From contig JBEAYY010000061.1 in NCBI GenBank assembly GCA_041170365.1, positions 1 through 62,736 on the forward strand: DNA of 62,736 nt, in the 5' to 3' direction. Position 1 is the stretch's first letter. The number at the start of each line of letters is the position of its first letter. The notes under the pieces are model-generated. The model made no database searches and had not been told where the DNA came from. It saw only the letters and a program-made list of their open reading frames with translations. Positions 39,768-48,396 of this stretch are shown here, piece by piece. Source of the DNA: Actinomycetota bacterium. Lineage in GTDB: Bacteria > Actinomycetota > Actinomycetes > S36-B12 > UBA5976. A program made the position numbers and the translations under genes.

Positions 39768-39881
39768 TTAGCCTCTGTTAGCTTTTGCTGCTTTCTTTTC
39801 TTGTTTAGCTGCTCTTTTTTCTTTTAGAGATTTAGTGGCTGGTTTCTTTTTGTTCACATTTCCTTTGGATTTTTCGCCCAT
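39768..39881 (-). CDS. 37-aa lysine-rich microprotein (not in the ORF track)
   Basis: My own translation gives MGEKSKGNVNKKKPATKSLKEKRAAKQEKKAAKANRG. ATG is preceded by AAAGGAG with a 5-nt spacer, one of the best SDs in the window. It fills an otherwise empty 217-bp gap, tail-to-tail with the M23 gene. Confidence 0.55.
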   Translation of the reverse strand: MGEKSKGNVNKKKPATKSLKEKRAAKQEKKAAKANRG

Positions 39882-40001
39882 TACTACTCCTTTAGGATCG
39901 ACTTTTTATAAATATAGCGAAAAATTTAAAGAATTTGTACCTATTAATCGTTTCAACTTTTAAAAAAAATTGTCTGTGGCATAGTGGAAAGGGTGGGGCA
40001 T

Positions 40002-41432
40002 ATGAAGAAATTGTTGAGCACTTTTGTGGCTTTTGTATTGTTACAAGGCTCATCGGTGCTGGCGGTCTCATTGCCTAAAGATGCAGAAATAGACGCCATA
40101 AGAGGTGAAATTGCTGCTTCGAAAAAAGAATTAGCCCAGGCACAAGAAGTTTTGAAGCAAACCACAAATGAATTAAATGCAGCAATTGCAGAAGACAGAA
40201 GAATAAAAGCAGAACTAGAACAAGCTCAACGAGAAAGAGATCAGATAATTGCAGAAATTAATGCTCTGATAGCTGAAATAAACAGAGTGCAAGCCCAAAT
40301 AGATGATCTAGTTCGAGCCACTTTTATCGATGGTTCTCAGCAAGAACTTTATTTAGTAGAGGCAATTTTATCCTCAGATGATTCAAATGAAGCCCTTGCA
40401 ACTTTTGCTTCATTGCAAGCACTATTAGCAAACAGTACCAAAGTAGTTAAAGAATTGAATGAAAATAAAGCTCAACTTGAAGTTAAAGAACAAGATTTAC
40501 AAGTTAGAGAAAAAGAAATATCAGAAAAGAAACTTAGATCAGCTGAAATTGTTGTTGAGTTAACAAAGGTTAGAGAAAAAGCAGCACAAGAAGCAGAGAA
40601 AATTAAAAAAATTGTTGCTCAAAAAGAAGCAGTTTTAAAGAAATTAGTTTTGGCAGGATTATCTAGAAATAAAGCTAATGTATCTGCTCGAGTAGGTCCA
40701 GGAGATCGAATCCTTGGCACAGACATTTCTCGATGGCAACATAGTGGAAATAAGTTGATTGATTTTGTAAAAATGTATGACGCAGGTGCAAGATTTATTT
40801 TTATTAAAGGTACAGATTCTCATCCTTTAGGTGCAGGTCCTGCTAAATATTGGTCATCCATAGATTTTCCGGCAGCAAGGGAAGCAGGTTTACTAACTGG
40901 TATTTATCACGCAGCTTTAATTCCAAGAGGAATTTCTGCAGATGCTGCTTTCGGAGCAGGACAACAACAAGCAGATTTACCAATTGATCATTTAAATTCA
41001 CTTGGTGGTTTAGTTCCTGGAGTTCTACCAATTGTTTTAGACATTGAAAGTTTCTCAAGACCATCTGGTACAAGTGCAGCAGTAGTAACTAATTTTTCTC
41101 TCGGTTTTGTATCAAGAGTTAAAGAAAGAACTGGAAAAAATGCGATTATTTATTCAAATTTAAATTTCATAAGTAGTTATTTGAAAAGTCCGGCTCTTTC
41201 CAGTAATCCTTTATGGATTGCAAATTATTCCCAAACTGCAAATCCTGCTTCAACTCCTTCAAGAGGTTGCACCAGAACTGTATGGAGTGTTTCTGGATGT
41301 GACAAAGCTTGGACATTTTGGCAATACACAGACAGAGGCGATGGTCAAAAATATGGGATTCCAAGAGGTGCCATTGATTTAAATGTTTACGCATATGGAA
41401 CAAGTGATCTTTTAGCAATGGCAGGATATTAA
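40002..41432 (+). CDS. Secreted coiled-coil protein with a C-terminal GH25 muramidase (lysozyme) domain
   Basis: Signal peptide MKKLLSTFVAFVLLQGSSVLA; about 190 aa of heptad-rich Ala/Glu/Gln/Lys sequence; GH25 motifs GTDISRWQ, ARFIFIKGTD and VLDIES; ATG 40002 preferred over GTG 39984. Confidence 0.8.
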   Translation: MKKLLSTFVAFVLLQGSSVLAVSLPKDAEIDAIRGEIAASKKELAQAQEVLKQTTNELNAAIAEDRRIKAELEQAQRERDQIIAEINALIAEINRVQAQIDDLVRATFIDGSQQELYLVEAILSSDDSNEALATFASLQALLANSTKVVKELNENKAQLEVKEQDLQVREKEISEKKLRSAEIVVELTKVREKAAQEAEKIKKIVAQKEAVLKKLVLAGLSRNKANVSARVGPGDRILGTDISRWQHSGNKLIDFVKMYDAGARFIFIKGTDSHPLGAGPAKYWSSIDFPAAREAGLLTGIYHAALIPRGISADAAFGAGQQQADLPIDHLNSLGGLVPGVLPIVLDIESFSRPSGTSAAVVTNFSLGFVSRVKERTGKNAIIYSNLNFISSYLKSPALSSNPLWIANYSQTANPASTPSRGCTRTVWSVSGCDKAWTFWQYTDRGDGQKYGIPRGAIDLNVYAYGTSDLLAMAGY

Positions 41433-42535
41433 TGAAAAAAAGATTTATTTTATTTTGTTTACTGTCAGTATTTTTAGCACAACCTGCTTATGCTGAAGAT
41501 TTAAATATTGATATTCAAAAAATGAATGTTTCAGAAGCTATTACCAAAGGTGGAAATAATCAAAGAGGCCCAGCATTAGCCGCATTAAAAAATGGCGATT
41601 TATTACTAGGCGGTGGAGCAAACGGTGGAACTATTTATTTAGGTGATGGGAAAAAAAGAAAACTAATTAAATTGGGAGATTTAATAAGTAGTGCTCAACG
41701 AAAAAAAGACTCAAGATTTGCCATCACTGACATCTTGATTTTAAGTGAATCGTCAAAAAGTATTAAAACATTAATTTCATACCCAAGACTTGGTAGCAAT
41801 GGAAACTGTGTTGAGGTAATAGTGGATGAAGTTGATATTGATCTTTCAAAAAATTCTTTACAAAGAAAGAGTAATTGGTTTATTTCAAAGCCCTGTGTAC
41901 CAATCAGCGCAGTTCAGCACGCATCTGGACGAATGGAAAAAATTGATCAAAATTCTGCTTATTTAACAATAGGAGATCTAGGATATAAAAAAATTGATGA
42001 TGTGAATCTAAGAAAAGATTTAGGTTCAGTTTTCAAAATAAGTAAAAATTCTGTTTCTAAAGTTTCCTATGGACATAGAAATATGCAAGGAATATTAAAT
42101 TTAAATAATTTACTTTTGGTTTCAGAGCATGGACCAAGAGGTGGAGATGAAATCAATATTGTGAAACCAAATTCAGACTATGGATGGCCATTTGTTACTT
42201 ATGGCAAAGCTTACGGAGTAGGGGATTACATAAAACCAAAAAATAACGGAACCCATGCTGGTTATGAAGAACCCATTAAATATTGGGTGCCTTCGATTGC
42301 ACCAACTGAGTTAGTTCAGATTCCAAAAAATTGGGGTAATTGGTCTAACCAAATTGCCATGGGCACACTTAAAGAAGAAACTTTAGTGCTCTTAAGGATG
42401 GACTCAAATAATAAAATTACAGAAGAAAAAAGGATCAAGGTGAAAGAAAGAATTAGAGATTTAGATACCAACGCAAATGAAATTATTGCCACAACCGACA
42501 GTGGTAAAATTTTGGTATTCAAATATAAGAAATAA
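41432..42535 (+). CDS. Secreted PQQ-dependent sugar dehydrogenase-like beta-propeller (YliI/sorbosone dehydrogenase family)
   Basis: 367 aa; signal peptide; GHRNMQGI and EHGPRGGDEINIVKPNSDYGWP motifs; its ATG overlaps the stop codon of the preceding gene (TAATG). Confidence 0.7.
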   Translation: MKKRFILFCLLSVFLAQPAYAEDLNIDIQKMNVSEAITKGGNNQRGPALAALKNGDLLLGGGANGGTIYLGDGKKRKLIKLGDLISSAQRKKDSRFAITDILILSESSKSIKTLISYPRLGSNGNCVEVIVDEVDIDLSKNSLQRKSNWFISKPCVPISAVQHASGRMEKIDQNSAYLTIGDLGYKKIDDVNLRKDLGSVFKISKNSVSKVSYGHRNMQGILNLNNLLLVSEHGPRGGDEINIVKPNSDYGWPFVTYGKAYGVGDYIKPKNNGTHAGYEEPIKYWVPSIAPTELVQIPKNWGNWSNQIAMGTLKEETLVLLRMDSNNKITEEKRIKVKERIRDLDTNANEIIATTDSGKILVFKYKK

Positions 42536-42543
42536 AGGTAAAT

Positions 42544-43083
42544 TTGAAAGATAAAAGTGGGGATAGAAGCAAGTTTTTTCCTCTAATTGAAAAAAAACAT
42601 GGCTTACCCATGTCTTACTGGTTTGATCAAATGAAAAAAGTTGCAGGAAAGAAATATCCTGAACAAATAGCTTTTCTAAAAGAAAACCATGGCTTTAGCC
42701 AATCTCACGCTAATGCTCTAGTTATGTTCTCAAGGGGTTCAAAATCTTCAAAAAGGTTTGATTCTATATCTCAATATTTAGAGACTGCTACTAATGAACA
42801 ATCAAAAACTGTTAAAAAAATATTCAAAGTTCTTCAAACCAAATTTCCAAAATTAGAACTCGTTATGGCCTGGAATCAACCCATGCTTAAAAAAGGGGAT
42901 GAATACCTACTTGGTGTTTCAGTGTTAAAAAATCATATTTTATTGGGTCCTTGGAGAACCCATAATATAAAAAGGTTAAAAAAAGAATTAAAAGATTTTA
43001 AAGTTAATAAAAAAACTATTCAAATACCAAACGATTGGAAAGTTGATTCTAAATTATTAATTGAATTGTTAAAAGATAAGTAA
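42544..43083 (+). CDS. DUF4287 + DUF1801 (YdhG-like) domain protein
   Basis: 179 aa; TTG start; IEKKHGLPMSYW...FLKENHGFSQSHANALV resembles DUF4287; the C-terminal half resembles DUF1801. Confidence 0.5.
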   Translation: MKDKSGDRSKFFPLIEKKHGLPMSYWFDQMKKVAGKKYPEQIAFLKENHGFSQSHANALVMFSRGSKSSKRFDSISQYLETATNEQSKTVKKIFKVLQTKFPKLELVMAWNQPMLKKGDEYLLGVSVLKNHILLGPWRTHNIKRLKKELKDFKVNKKTIQIPNDWKVDSKLLIELLKDK

Positions 43084-43086
43084 TTG

Positions 43087-43160
43087 TGGTCGATAGAGGG
43101 CTCGAACCTCCGACCTCATCCATGTCAAGGATGCGCTCTAGCCAACTGAGCTAACCGACC
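43087..43160 (-). tRNA. tRNA-Val (anticodon GAC)
   Basis: Folded by hand: acceptor GGTCGGT/ATCGACC, D-arm GCTC/GAGC, anticodon stem CATCC/GGATG with loop TTGACAT, T-arm GGAGG-TTCGAGC-CCTCT; 74 nt; no encoded CCA. Confidence 0.9.
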
Positions 43161-43181
43161 CAATATTTAATTTTTACTTTG

Positions 43182-43252
43182 AGGTGGAGACGGGATTTGA
43201 ACCCGTGTACGCGGCTTTGCAGGCCGCTGCCTCGCCTCTCGGCCACTCCACC
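43182..43252 (-). tRNA. tRNA-Cys (anticodon GCA)
   Basis: Acceptor GGTGGAG/CTCCACC, anticodon stem GCGGC/GCCGC with loop CTGCAAA, T-arm ACGGG-TTCAAAT-CCCGT, discriminator U; 71 nt. Confidence 0.88.
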
Positions 43253-43288
43253 GTAATTTAATTTAAAAAAAATTTTTTAAATTAATCG

Positions 43289-43361
43289 AGCGGACGACGG
43301 GACTTGAACCCGCGACCCTAACCTTGGCAAGGTTATGCGCTACCAACTGCGCTACGTCCGC
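43289..43361 (-). tRNA. tRNA-Gly (anticodon GCC)
   Basis: Acceptor GCGGACG/CGTCCGC, D-arm GCGC/GCGC, anticodon stem TAACC/GGTTA with loop TTGCCAA, T-arm GCGGG-TTCAAGT-CCCGT; 73 nt. Confidence 0.9.
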
Positions 43362-43490
43362 GTAACAATCAATATCGAATTTTTTACACCAATAAAATAT
43401 TGATTCGTACCCATTAAAGATACCTGAAAGCCAGGTTTATGGCTTGCGCCGAGTATCGAATGAGGCAATACGCAGGTAATCTCTCAAGTT

Positions 43491-44561
43491 ATGAATGAAA
43501 AAAAAGTTCAAAATTCTCCTGTTGCATTTGCAGAATTTGGGGATAAAAGGTTTGAACATTTACTTGATGTCACAGTTGATTTAGAAAGACTTAGTGAACC
43601 TGGCTACTGGGTAGTGATTGGAAGCTTTGAACAGTCATGGTTATTACTGAAATTTAAAGATTTAAATCAAAATAATCAAATTGGTGGTAATTGGAAAGGT
43701 GTAAATAAAGCCTCTTGGGAATCTTCTTTAAATAAAAATCAATATGTTGATGCGGTAAACAAATTAAGAGACCATATTTCTTTAGGTGATGTTTATCAAG
43801 CAAATATTTGCAGGGTATTAAAAGCCAAAATTAATGAAACTGATTTTGACATAAAGGGCCTTTTTACTCTTTTGAAGGCTGGTAATCCTGCTCCATTTTC
43901 AAGTCTTATAAAAGTTTCCAAAGAAAGCCACGAGAGACTTAATAAAGATATATTGATTGCTTCTGCGTCTCCAGAATTATTTTTAGAACGTGATAATGAT
44001 TTTATTTATTCTTCGCCTATTAAGGGAACTGGAAAAACTGAATCAGACTTAACAGAAAAAGATCGAGCAGAAAACATCATGATTGTTGATCTAGTACGCA
44101 ATGATTTATCTCGTGTATGTAAAACCGGAAGTGTTGAAGTTCCTAATTTATTGGAAGTTCAATCTCATCCAGGTTTGGTTCATCTTGTATCAACAGTTAA
44201 GGGAAAATTAAATGATCAAACCAAGTGGAGTGAAATATTAAAGGCAACATTTCCACCAGGATCTGTAACAGGTGCGCCCAAAATTAGTGCTTTAAAATTA
44301 ATCGCAAAACTAGAGCAGGGTAATAGAGGAATTTATTGCGGCACGATTGGTTGGATTGATACTTTTCAACAAAAAGCAAAATTATCAGTAGCCATTAGAA
44401 CTTTTTGGATAGATGGTGAATATTTATTTTTTGGAACAGGTGCTGGAATCACTTGGGGTTCAGAGGCAGAAAGTGAATGGCTTGAAACTGAATTAAAGTG
44501 TGCAAATTTATTTGAAATAGCAAGTAAACAAGTCGTTAATTCAAGCCCTAAAGTTGTATAA
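43491..44561 (+). CDS. pabB: Chorismate-binding enzyme, aminodeoxychorismate synthase component I-like (short form)
   Basis: 356 aa; SPELF, SSPIKGTG (the PIKGT lysine is typical of PabB rather than TrpE), DRAENIMIVDL.RND, FPPGSVTGAPK, RG.YCG.IGW. Confidence 0.7.
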   Translation: MNEKKVQNSPVAFAEFGDKRFEHLLDVTVDLERLSEPGYWVVIGSFEQSWLLLKFKDLNQNNQIGGNWKGVNKASWESSLNKNQYVDAVNKLRDHISLGDVYQANICRVLKAKINETDFDIKGLFTLLKAGNPAPFSSLIKVSKESHERLNKDILIASASPELFLERDNDFIYSSPIKGTGKTESDLTEKDRAENIMIVDLVRNDLSRVCKTGSVEVPNLLEVQSHPGLVHLVSTVKGKLNDQTKWSEILKATFPPGSVTGAPKISALKLIAKLEQGNRGIYCGTIGWIDTFQQKAKLSVAIRTFWIDGEYLFFGTGAGITWGSEAESEWLETELKCANLFEIASKQVVNSSPKVV

Positions 44562-44589
44562 AGTCTAAATAAGAATTATTCTTGAACTT

Positions 44590-44946
44590 ATGGGTGATAG
44601 ACCAACTGGTCCGATAAAAATAATCAGAGCAACAATCAGAGCAAATAAAATTGCTAATGCTTTTTGGCGTACCGCAATATTTTTTATTGGATTTTTTTTA
44701 GTTGGAGTCGGAATCGTTCTTTTAGTATTGCCAGGACCTGGTTGGTTATTAATATTTTTAGGTTTTGTCACTTTAGCTACAGAATTTGCCTGGGCAAGTA
44801 ATTTATTGGCTCCTATAAGACTTCGATTAGAAAAAGCAAAAATCGCTGGTAGAAAACCTGCTTGGTGGATTTATGTTCTGTTTACTTTTTTTGGAATTTT
44901 GACATTTATCGCTAGTTGGTGGGTTTGGACTAGATTTCCAAGATAA
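44590..44946 (+). CDS. PGPGW-domain small membrane protein
   Basis: 118 aa; LPGPGWLLIFLG motif and 3-4 TM segments. Confidence 0.65.
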   Translation: MGDRPTGPIKIIRATIRANKIANAFWRTAIFFIGFFLVGVGIVLLVLPGPGWLLIFLGFVTLATEFAWASNLLAPIRLRLEKAKIAGRKPAWWIYVLFTFFGILTFIASWWVWTRFPR

Positions 44947-44986
44947 AAAAACTCACGTAAATCCTCTTAAGTGTAGTATTTGATGC

Positions 44987-45865
44987 GTGAGTGACGTAAA
45001 AGTTGATCTTTATTTATGCGGTGTCAAAGGTTTTGCAGCCGCAAAATTTTTATTGGAAAATCATAAATCACTTATAGGCAATGTAACTCTTGCTCCAGAT
45101 TCAGGAACTATCGATGACCCATTGGAATCAATGGTCAAATTATTTGAACAATTTAACATTAGAACAACACTTAATGATCCAGGTCGAATTTCTGAATTAG
45201 CTATTGCAGTTGGTTGGAAAAAATTAATTGAAGCAAATTATTCTCAAGTAATTGTTATTCATGATTCTTTATTGCCAAAATATAGAGGTTTTAATCCACT
45301 CTTGACTGCATTAATAAATGGGGATACTCGAATCGGTGCCACAGCTTTAATCGCAACCGATGAAGTAGATGCAGGCCCAATAATTGCTCAAGAAGCTAAA
45401 AGTATTAAGTATCCAATGAAACTTGAAGAAGCTTTGAAAATAATTTCAAACTTAATTGAAAAATTATTAAGAAGAGTTTGCTATCAAATTGAGAAAAGTG
45501 GCAAGACGACTGGAAAACCACAAAACCACAGATCTGCTACCTATAGTCTTTGGCGAGATGAAGAAGATTTTCAAATTGACTGGAGTCAATCAGCTGAAGT
45601 GATTGTTAGACATATTCACGCTTCAAGCTATCCATATGTTGGTGCTAAAAGTTTTCTTGGAGAAGAAGAAATACGAATTTTTGACGCAAAAGTCAGTAAA
45701 GAAAACCCTACAATTGTAAATAGAACTCCAGGAAAAATTTGGAAACTAATTAATGGAGTCCCGGTAGTAATTTGTGGTAAAGGATTAGTGGAATTAACAA
45801 AGGTAAGTGGCAATAACGGACGTTCAGTTCTGCCAATTACTAAGTTAAAACAAAGACTTAAATAA
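44987..45865 (+). CDS. Formyltransferase-family protein (Fmt-like, N- plus C-terminal domains), atypical active site
   Basis: 292 aa; GTG start; IHDSLLPKYRGFNP and TDEVDAGPII resemble the HxSLLPxxRG / Asp motifs of Fmt/PurN/ArnA; the Asn normally two residues before the His is Val. Confidence 0.6.
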   Translation: MSDVKVDLYLCGVKGFAAAKFLLENHKSLIGNVTLAPDSGTIDDPLESMVKLFEQFNIRTTLNDPGRISELAIAVGWKKLIEANYSQVIVIHDSLLPKYRGFNPLLTALINGDTRIGATALIATDEVDAGPIIAQEAKSIKYPMKLEEALKIISNLIEKLLRRVCYQIEKSGKTTGKPQNHRSATYSLWRDEEDFQIDWSQSAEVIVRHIHASSYPYVGAKSFLGEEEIRIFDAKVSKENPTIVNRTPGKIWKLINGVPVVICGKGLVELTKVSGNNGRSVLPITKLKQRLK

Positions 45866-45882
45866 TCTGAAAGAGGTTTTTT

Positions 45883-47871
45883 GTGGGTGACATCAAAGTC
45901 CGAGTGGACGGTAGTGATGTTACTGTTGCAGAAAACTCAAATATTATTGATTTATTTAAAGAAGATAAAAATGTTGTTGTTGCAAAACTTAATGGAAAAT
46001 TAGTTGATTTAGTAACACCTTTAAAAAATGGTGACGAAGTAATTTCAGTAAACGCAAATTCAGATGAAGGATTAAGTGTCATCCGACACAGTACCGCTCA
46101 TATTCTTGCTCAAGCTGTCCAAAGCTTAAACCCTCAAACAAGACTTGGAATTGGACCACCCATTAAAGATGGTTTCTATTATGATTTCAAAGTTCAAGAG
46201 AATTTTAATCCAGAAGATTTAATAAAAATTGAATCAAAAATGAAAGAAATAATTAAAAGTGGTCAAAGATTTTCTCGAAGAGTAAGTAATGAAGACGCTT
46301 TAAGAAAAGAATTAACTAACGAACCCTTTAAATTAGAACTAATAGGTTTAAAAGGCAATCCAACAGATGAAGTTATGGAAGTTGGAGGCACAGAACTCAC
46401 AATTTATGACAACATTGATTTTAGATCAGGAAATGTTGTTTGGTCAGATCTTTGCCGCGGACCACATGTACCATCAACAAAATATTTAGGTTCATTCAAA
46501 TTGATGAGAACTGCTGGAGTTTATTGGCGAAGTGATGAAAAAAATCCTCAATTGCAAAGAATTTATGGCACTGCTTGGGCTAGCAAAGAAGAACTTGAAA
46601 AATATTTAGAATTTTTAGTTGAAGCAGAAAAAAGAGATCATCGAAAACTTGGAGTAGAATTAGATTTATTTTCTTTTCCAGATGAAATTGGTTCAGGTCT
46701 TGCAGTTTTTCATCCAAAGGGTGGAGTCATTCGAAAAGTTATGGAGGATTACTCCCGTAAAAAACATGAAGAAGCAGGTTATGAATTTGTTTACTCACCT
46801 CACATAACTAAATCGCATCTTTTTGAAACTTCAGGACATCTTGAGTGGTACAAAGAGGGAATGTTTCCAGCAATGCAGTTGGATGCAGAATTCAATGAAG
46901 ATGGCAGTGTAAAAAAACCGGCGCAAAATTATTACTTAAAACCAATGAATTGTCCTTTTCATAATTTGATCTTTAAATCAAGCTCAAAGTCATATAGAGA
47001 TTTACCATTGAGATTATTTGAATTCGGAAGTGTTTATCGATACGAAAAATCAGGTGTTGTGCATGGTTTAACACGGGTTAGAGGAATGACTCAAGACGAT
47101 GCTCATATTTATACAACTTTAGAAAATATGCCAGTCGAATTGGATTCGTTACTAAAATTTGTGCTCAATTTGTTGAAGGATTTTGGCCTTGATGATTTTT
47201 ATTTAGAGCTTTCTACTAAAAATGATGAAAAATTTATTGGTAAAGATAGTGAGTGGGCAGAAGCAACAGAAATTTTAAGAAAAGCTGCAAATGCGCAAAA
47301 CATTCCACTTGTCATGGATGAGGGTGGTGCTGCTTTTTATGGTCCTAAGATTTCGGTTCAAGCAAAAGATGCACTTGGCAGAACTTGGCAAATGAGCACA
47401 ATCCAAGTTGATTTTCAATTACCGCAAAAATTTGAATTGGAATTCAAAGATAAAGATGGTCAAGTAAAAAGACCAGTCATGATTCATAGAGCATTATTTG
47501 GATCAATCGAAAGATTTTTTGGTGTTCTTCTAGAACACTATGCAGGGGCATTTCCTGTTTGGCTTGCACCAATTCAAGTAGTGGCAATTCCTATTGCTGA
47601 ATCACATAATTCCTATTTGGAGGAAATAATTTTGAAATTAAGAAAACTGGGTGTGAGAGTTGAATTAGATGCAAGCGATGATCGTATGCAGAAAAAAATT
47701 AGAAATGCCCAAACTCAAAAAGTACCTTTCATGTTAATTGCTGGGGATCAAGATGTTTCTTCAAATGCGGTTTCATTTAGATATAGAGATGGTTCTCAAG
47801 AAAACTCTGTACCTATCGAAAAAGCGATAGAAAAAATTATTTCAGCAATTGAAAACCGAATACAGGTTTAA
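45883..47871 (+). CDS. thrS: Threonine--tRNA ligase
   Basis: 662 aa; TGS domain at the N-terminus; [10 protein letters not shown] editing domain; class II motifs (FRYE.SG..HGL.RVRG.TQDDAH, G.ERF). Confidence 0.95.
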   Translation: MGDIKVRVDGSDVTVAENSNIIDLFKEDKNVVVAKLNGKLVDLVTPLKNGDEVISVNANSDEGLSVIRHSTAHILAQAVQSLNPQTRLGIGPPIKDGFYYDFKVQENFNPEDLIKIESKMKEIIKSGQRFSRRVSNEDALRKELTNEPFKLELIGLKGNPTDEVMEVGGTELTIYDNIDFRSGNVVWSDLCRGPHVPSTKYLGSFKLMRTAGVYWRSDEKNPQLQRIYGTAWASKEELEKYLEFLVEAEKRDHRKLGVELDLFSFPDEIGSGLAVFHPKGGVIRKVMEDYSRKKHEEAGYEFVYSPHITKSHLFETSGHLEWYKEGMFPAMQLDAEFNEDGSVKKPAQNYYLKPMNCPFHNLIFKSSSKSYRDLPLRLFEFGSVYRYEKSGVVHGLTRVRGMTQDDAHIYTTLENMPVELDSLLKFVLNLLKDFGLDDFYLELSTKNDEKFIGKDSEWAEATEILRKAANAQNIPLVMDEGGAAFYGPKISVQAKDALGRTWQMSTIQVDFQLPQKFELEFKDKDGQVKRPVMIHRALFGSIERFFGVLLEHYAGAFPVWLAPIQVVAIPIAESHNSYLEEIILKLRKLGVRVELDASDDRMQKKIRNAQTQKVPFMLIAGDQDVSSNAVSFRYRDGSQENSVPIEKAIEKIISAIENRIQV

Positions 47872-48396
47872 ATGAACACTCCTCAAACTGGGCTACCAGA
47901 TGCTTGGATTCGTTTATGGACTCCACATCGTGGACAGTATTTAACTGACGTTAGATCTGATGGAACAGTTGAACAAAGTTGTCCATTTTGCGCAGCACCT
48001 GATGCAAAAGATGAAGATTCATTAGTTGTTTATAAAGGAAAACATAATTACGTTGTTTTAAATTTATATCCTTATAACGCTGGACATTTATTGATTGCAC
48101 CGTTTAGACATTTTGCTGATTACACTTCGATAACAACAGAAGAATCTAATGAAATGCATGAATTAACCAGAAAATCAATGTCAGTTTTAAGAAAAGCCAG
48201 TGGTGCTCAAGGTTTTAATATTGGAATGAATCAAGGTCCCGTAGCTGGAACAAGTGTTGCTGATCATCTTCACCAACACATAGTTCCTAGATGGGGTGGA
48301 GATACAAACTTTATGCCAATAATTGGACGGGCAAAATCTATTCCACAATTACTAAAGGATACACAAATTTTGCTTGCTAATGCTTGGAACGACTGA
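47872..48396 (+). CDS. HIT family protein (Ap4A phosphorylase / GalT-branch-like)
   Basis: 174 aa; histidine triad HLHQHIVPRW; position between thrS and pgsA as for Rv2613c. Confidence 0.8.
   Translation: MNTPQTGLPDAWIRLWTPHRGQYLTDVRSDGTVEQSCPFCAAPDAKDEDSLVVYKGKHNYVVLNLYPYNAGHLLIAPFRHFADYTSITTEESNEMHELTRKSMSVLRKASGAQGFNIGMNQGPVAGTSVADHLHQHIVPRWGGDTNFMPIIGRAKSIPQLLKDTQILLANAWND

Noticed and set aside
39961-39995. Possible att-like partial repeat of the tRNA-Val 3' end (AATTGT..GTGG.ATAG.GG versus AATTGTGGTCGATAGAGGG at 43083-43100)
   Set aside because: The similarity needs several gaps or mismatches and is not convincing. No integrase or recombinase gene is present, so I cannot support a bounded integrative island.
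43439-43498. 19-codon upstream ORF (MACAEYRMRQYAGNLSSYE) whose stop overlaps the pabB ATG
   Set aside because: The SD is weak, the composition is unremarkable, and it could easily arise by chance in a 129-bp spacer. It is not reported as a feature without conservation data.
44565-44771. 68-aa minus-strand ORF overlapping the PGPGW membrane protein gene
   Set aside because: The plus-strand frame carries the diagnostic LPGPGW motif and TM helices. The minus-strand ORF is its antisense shadow.
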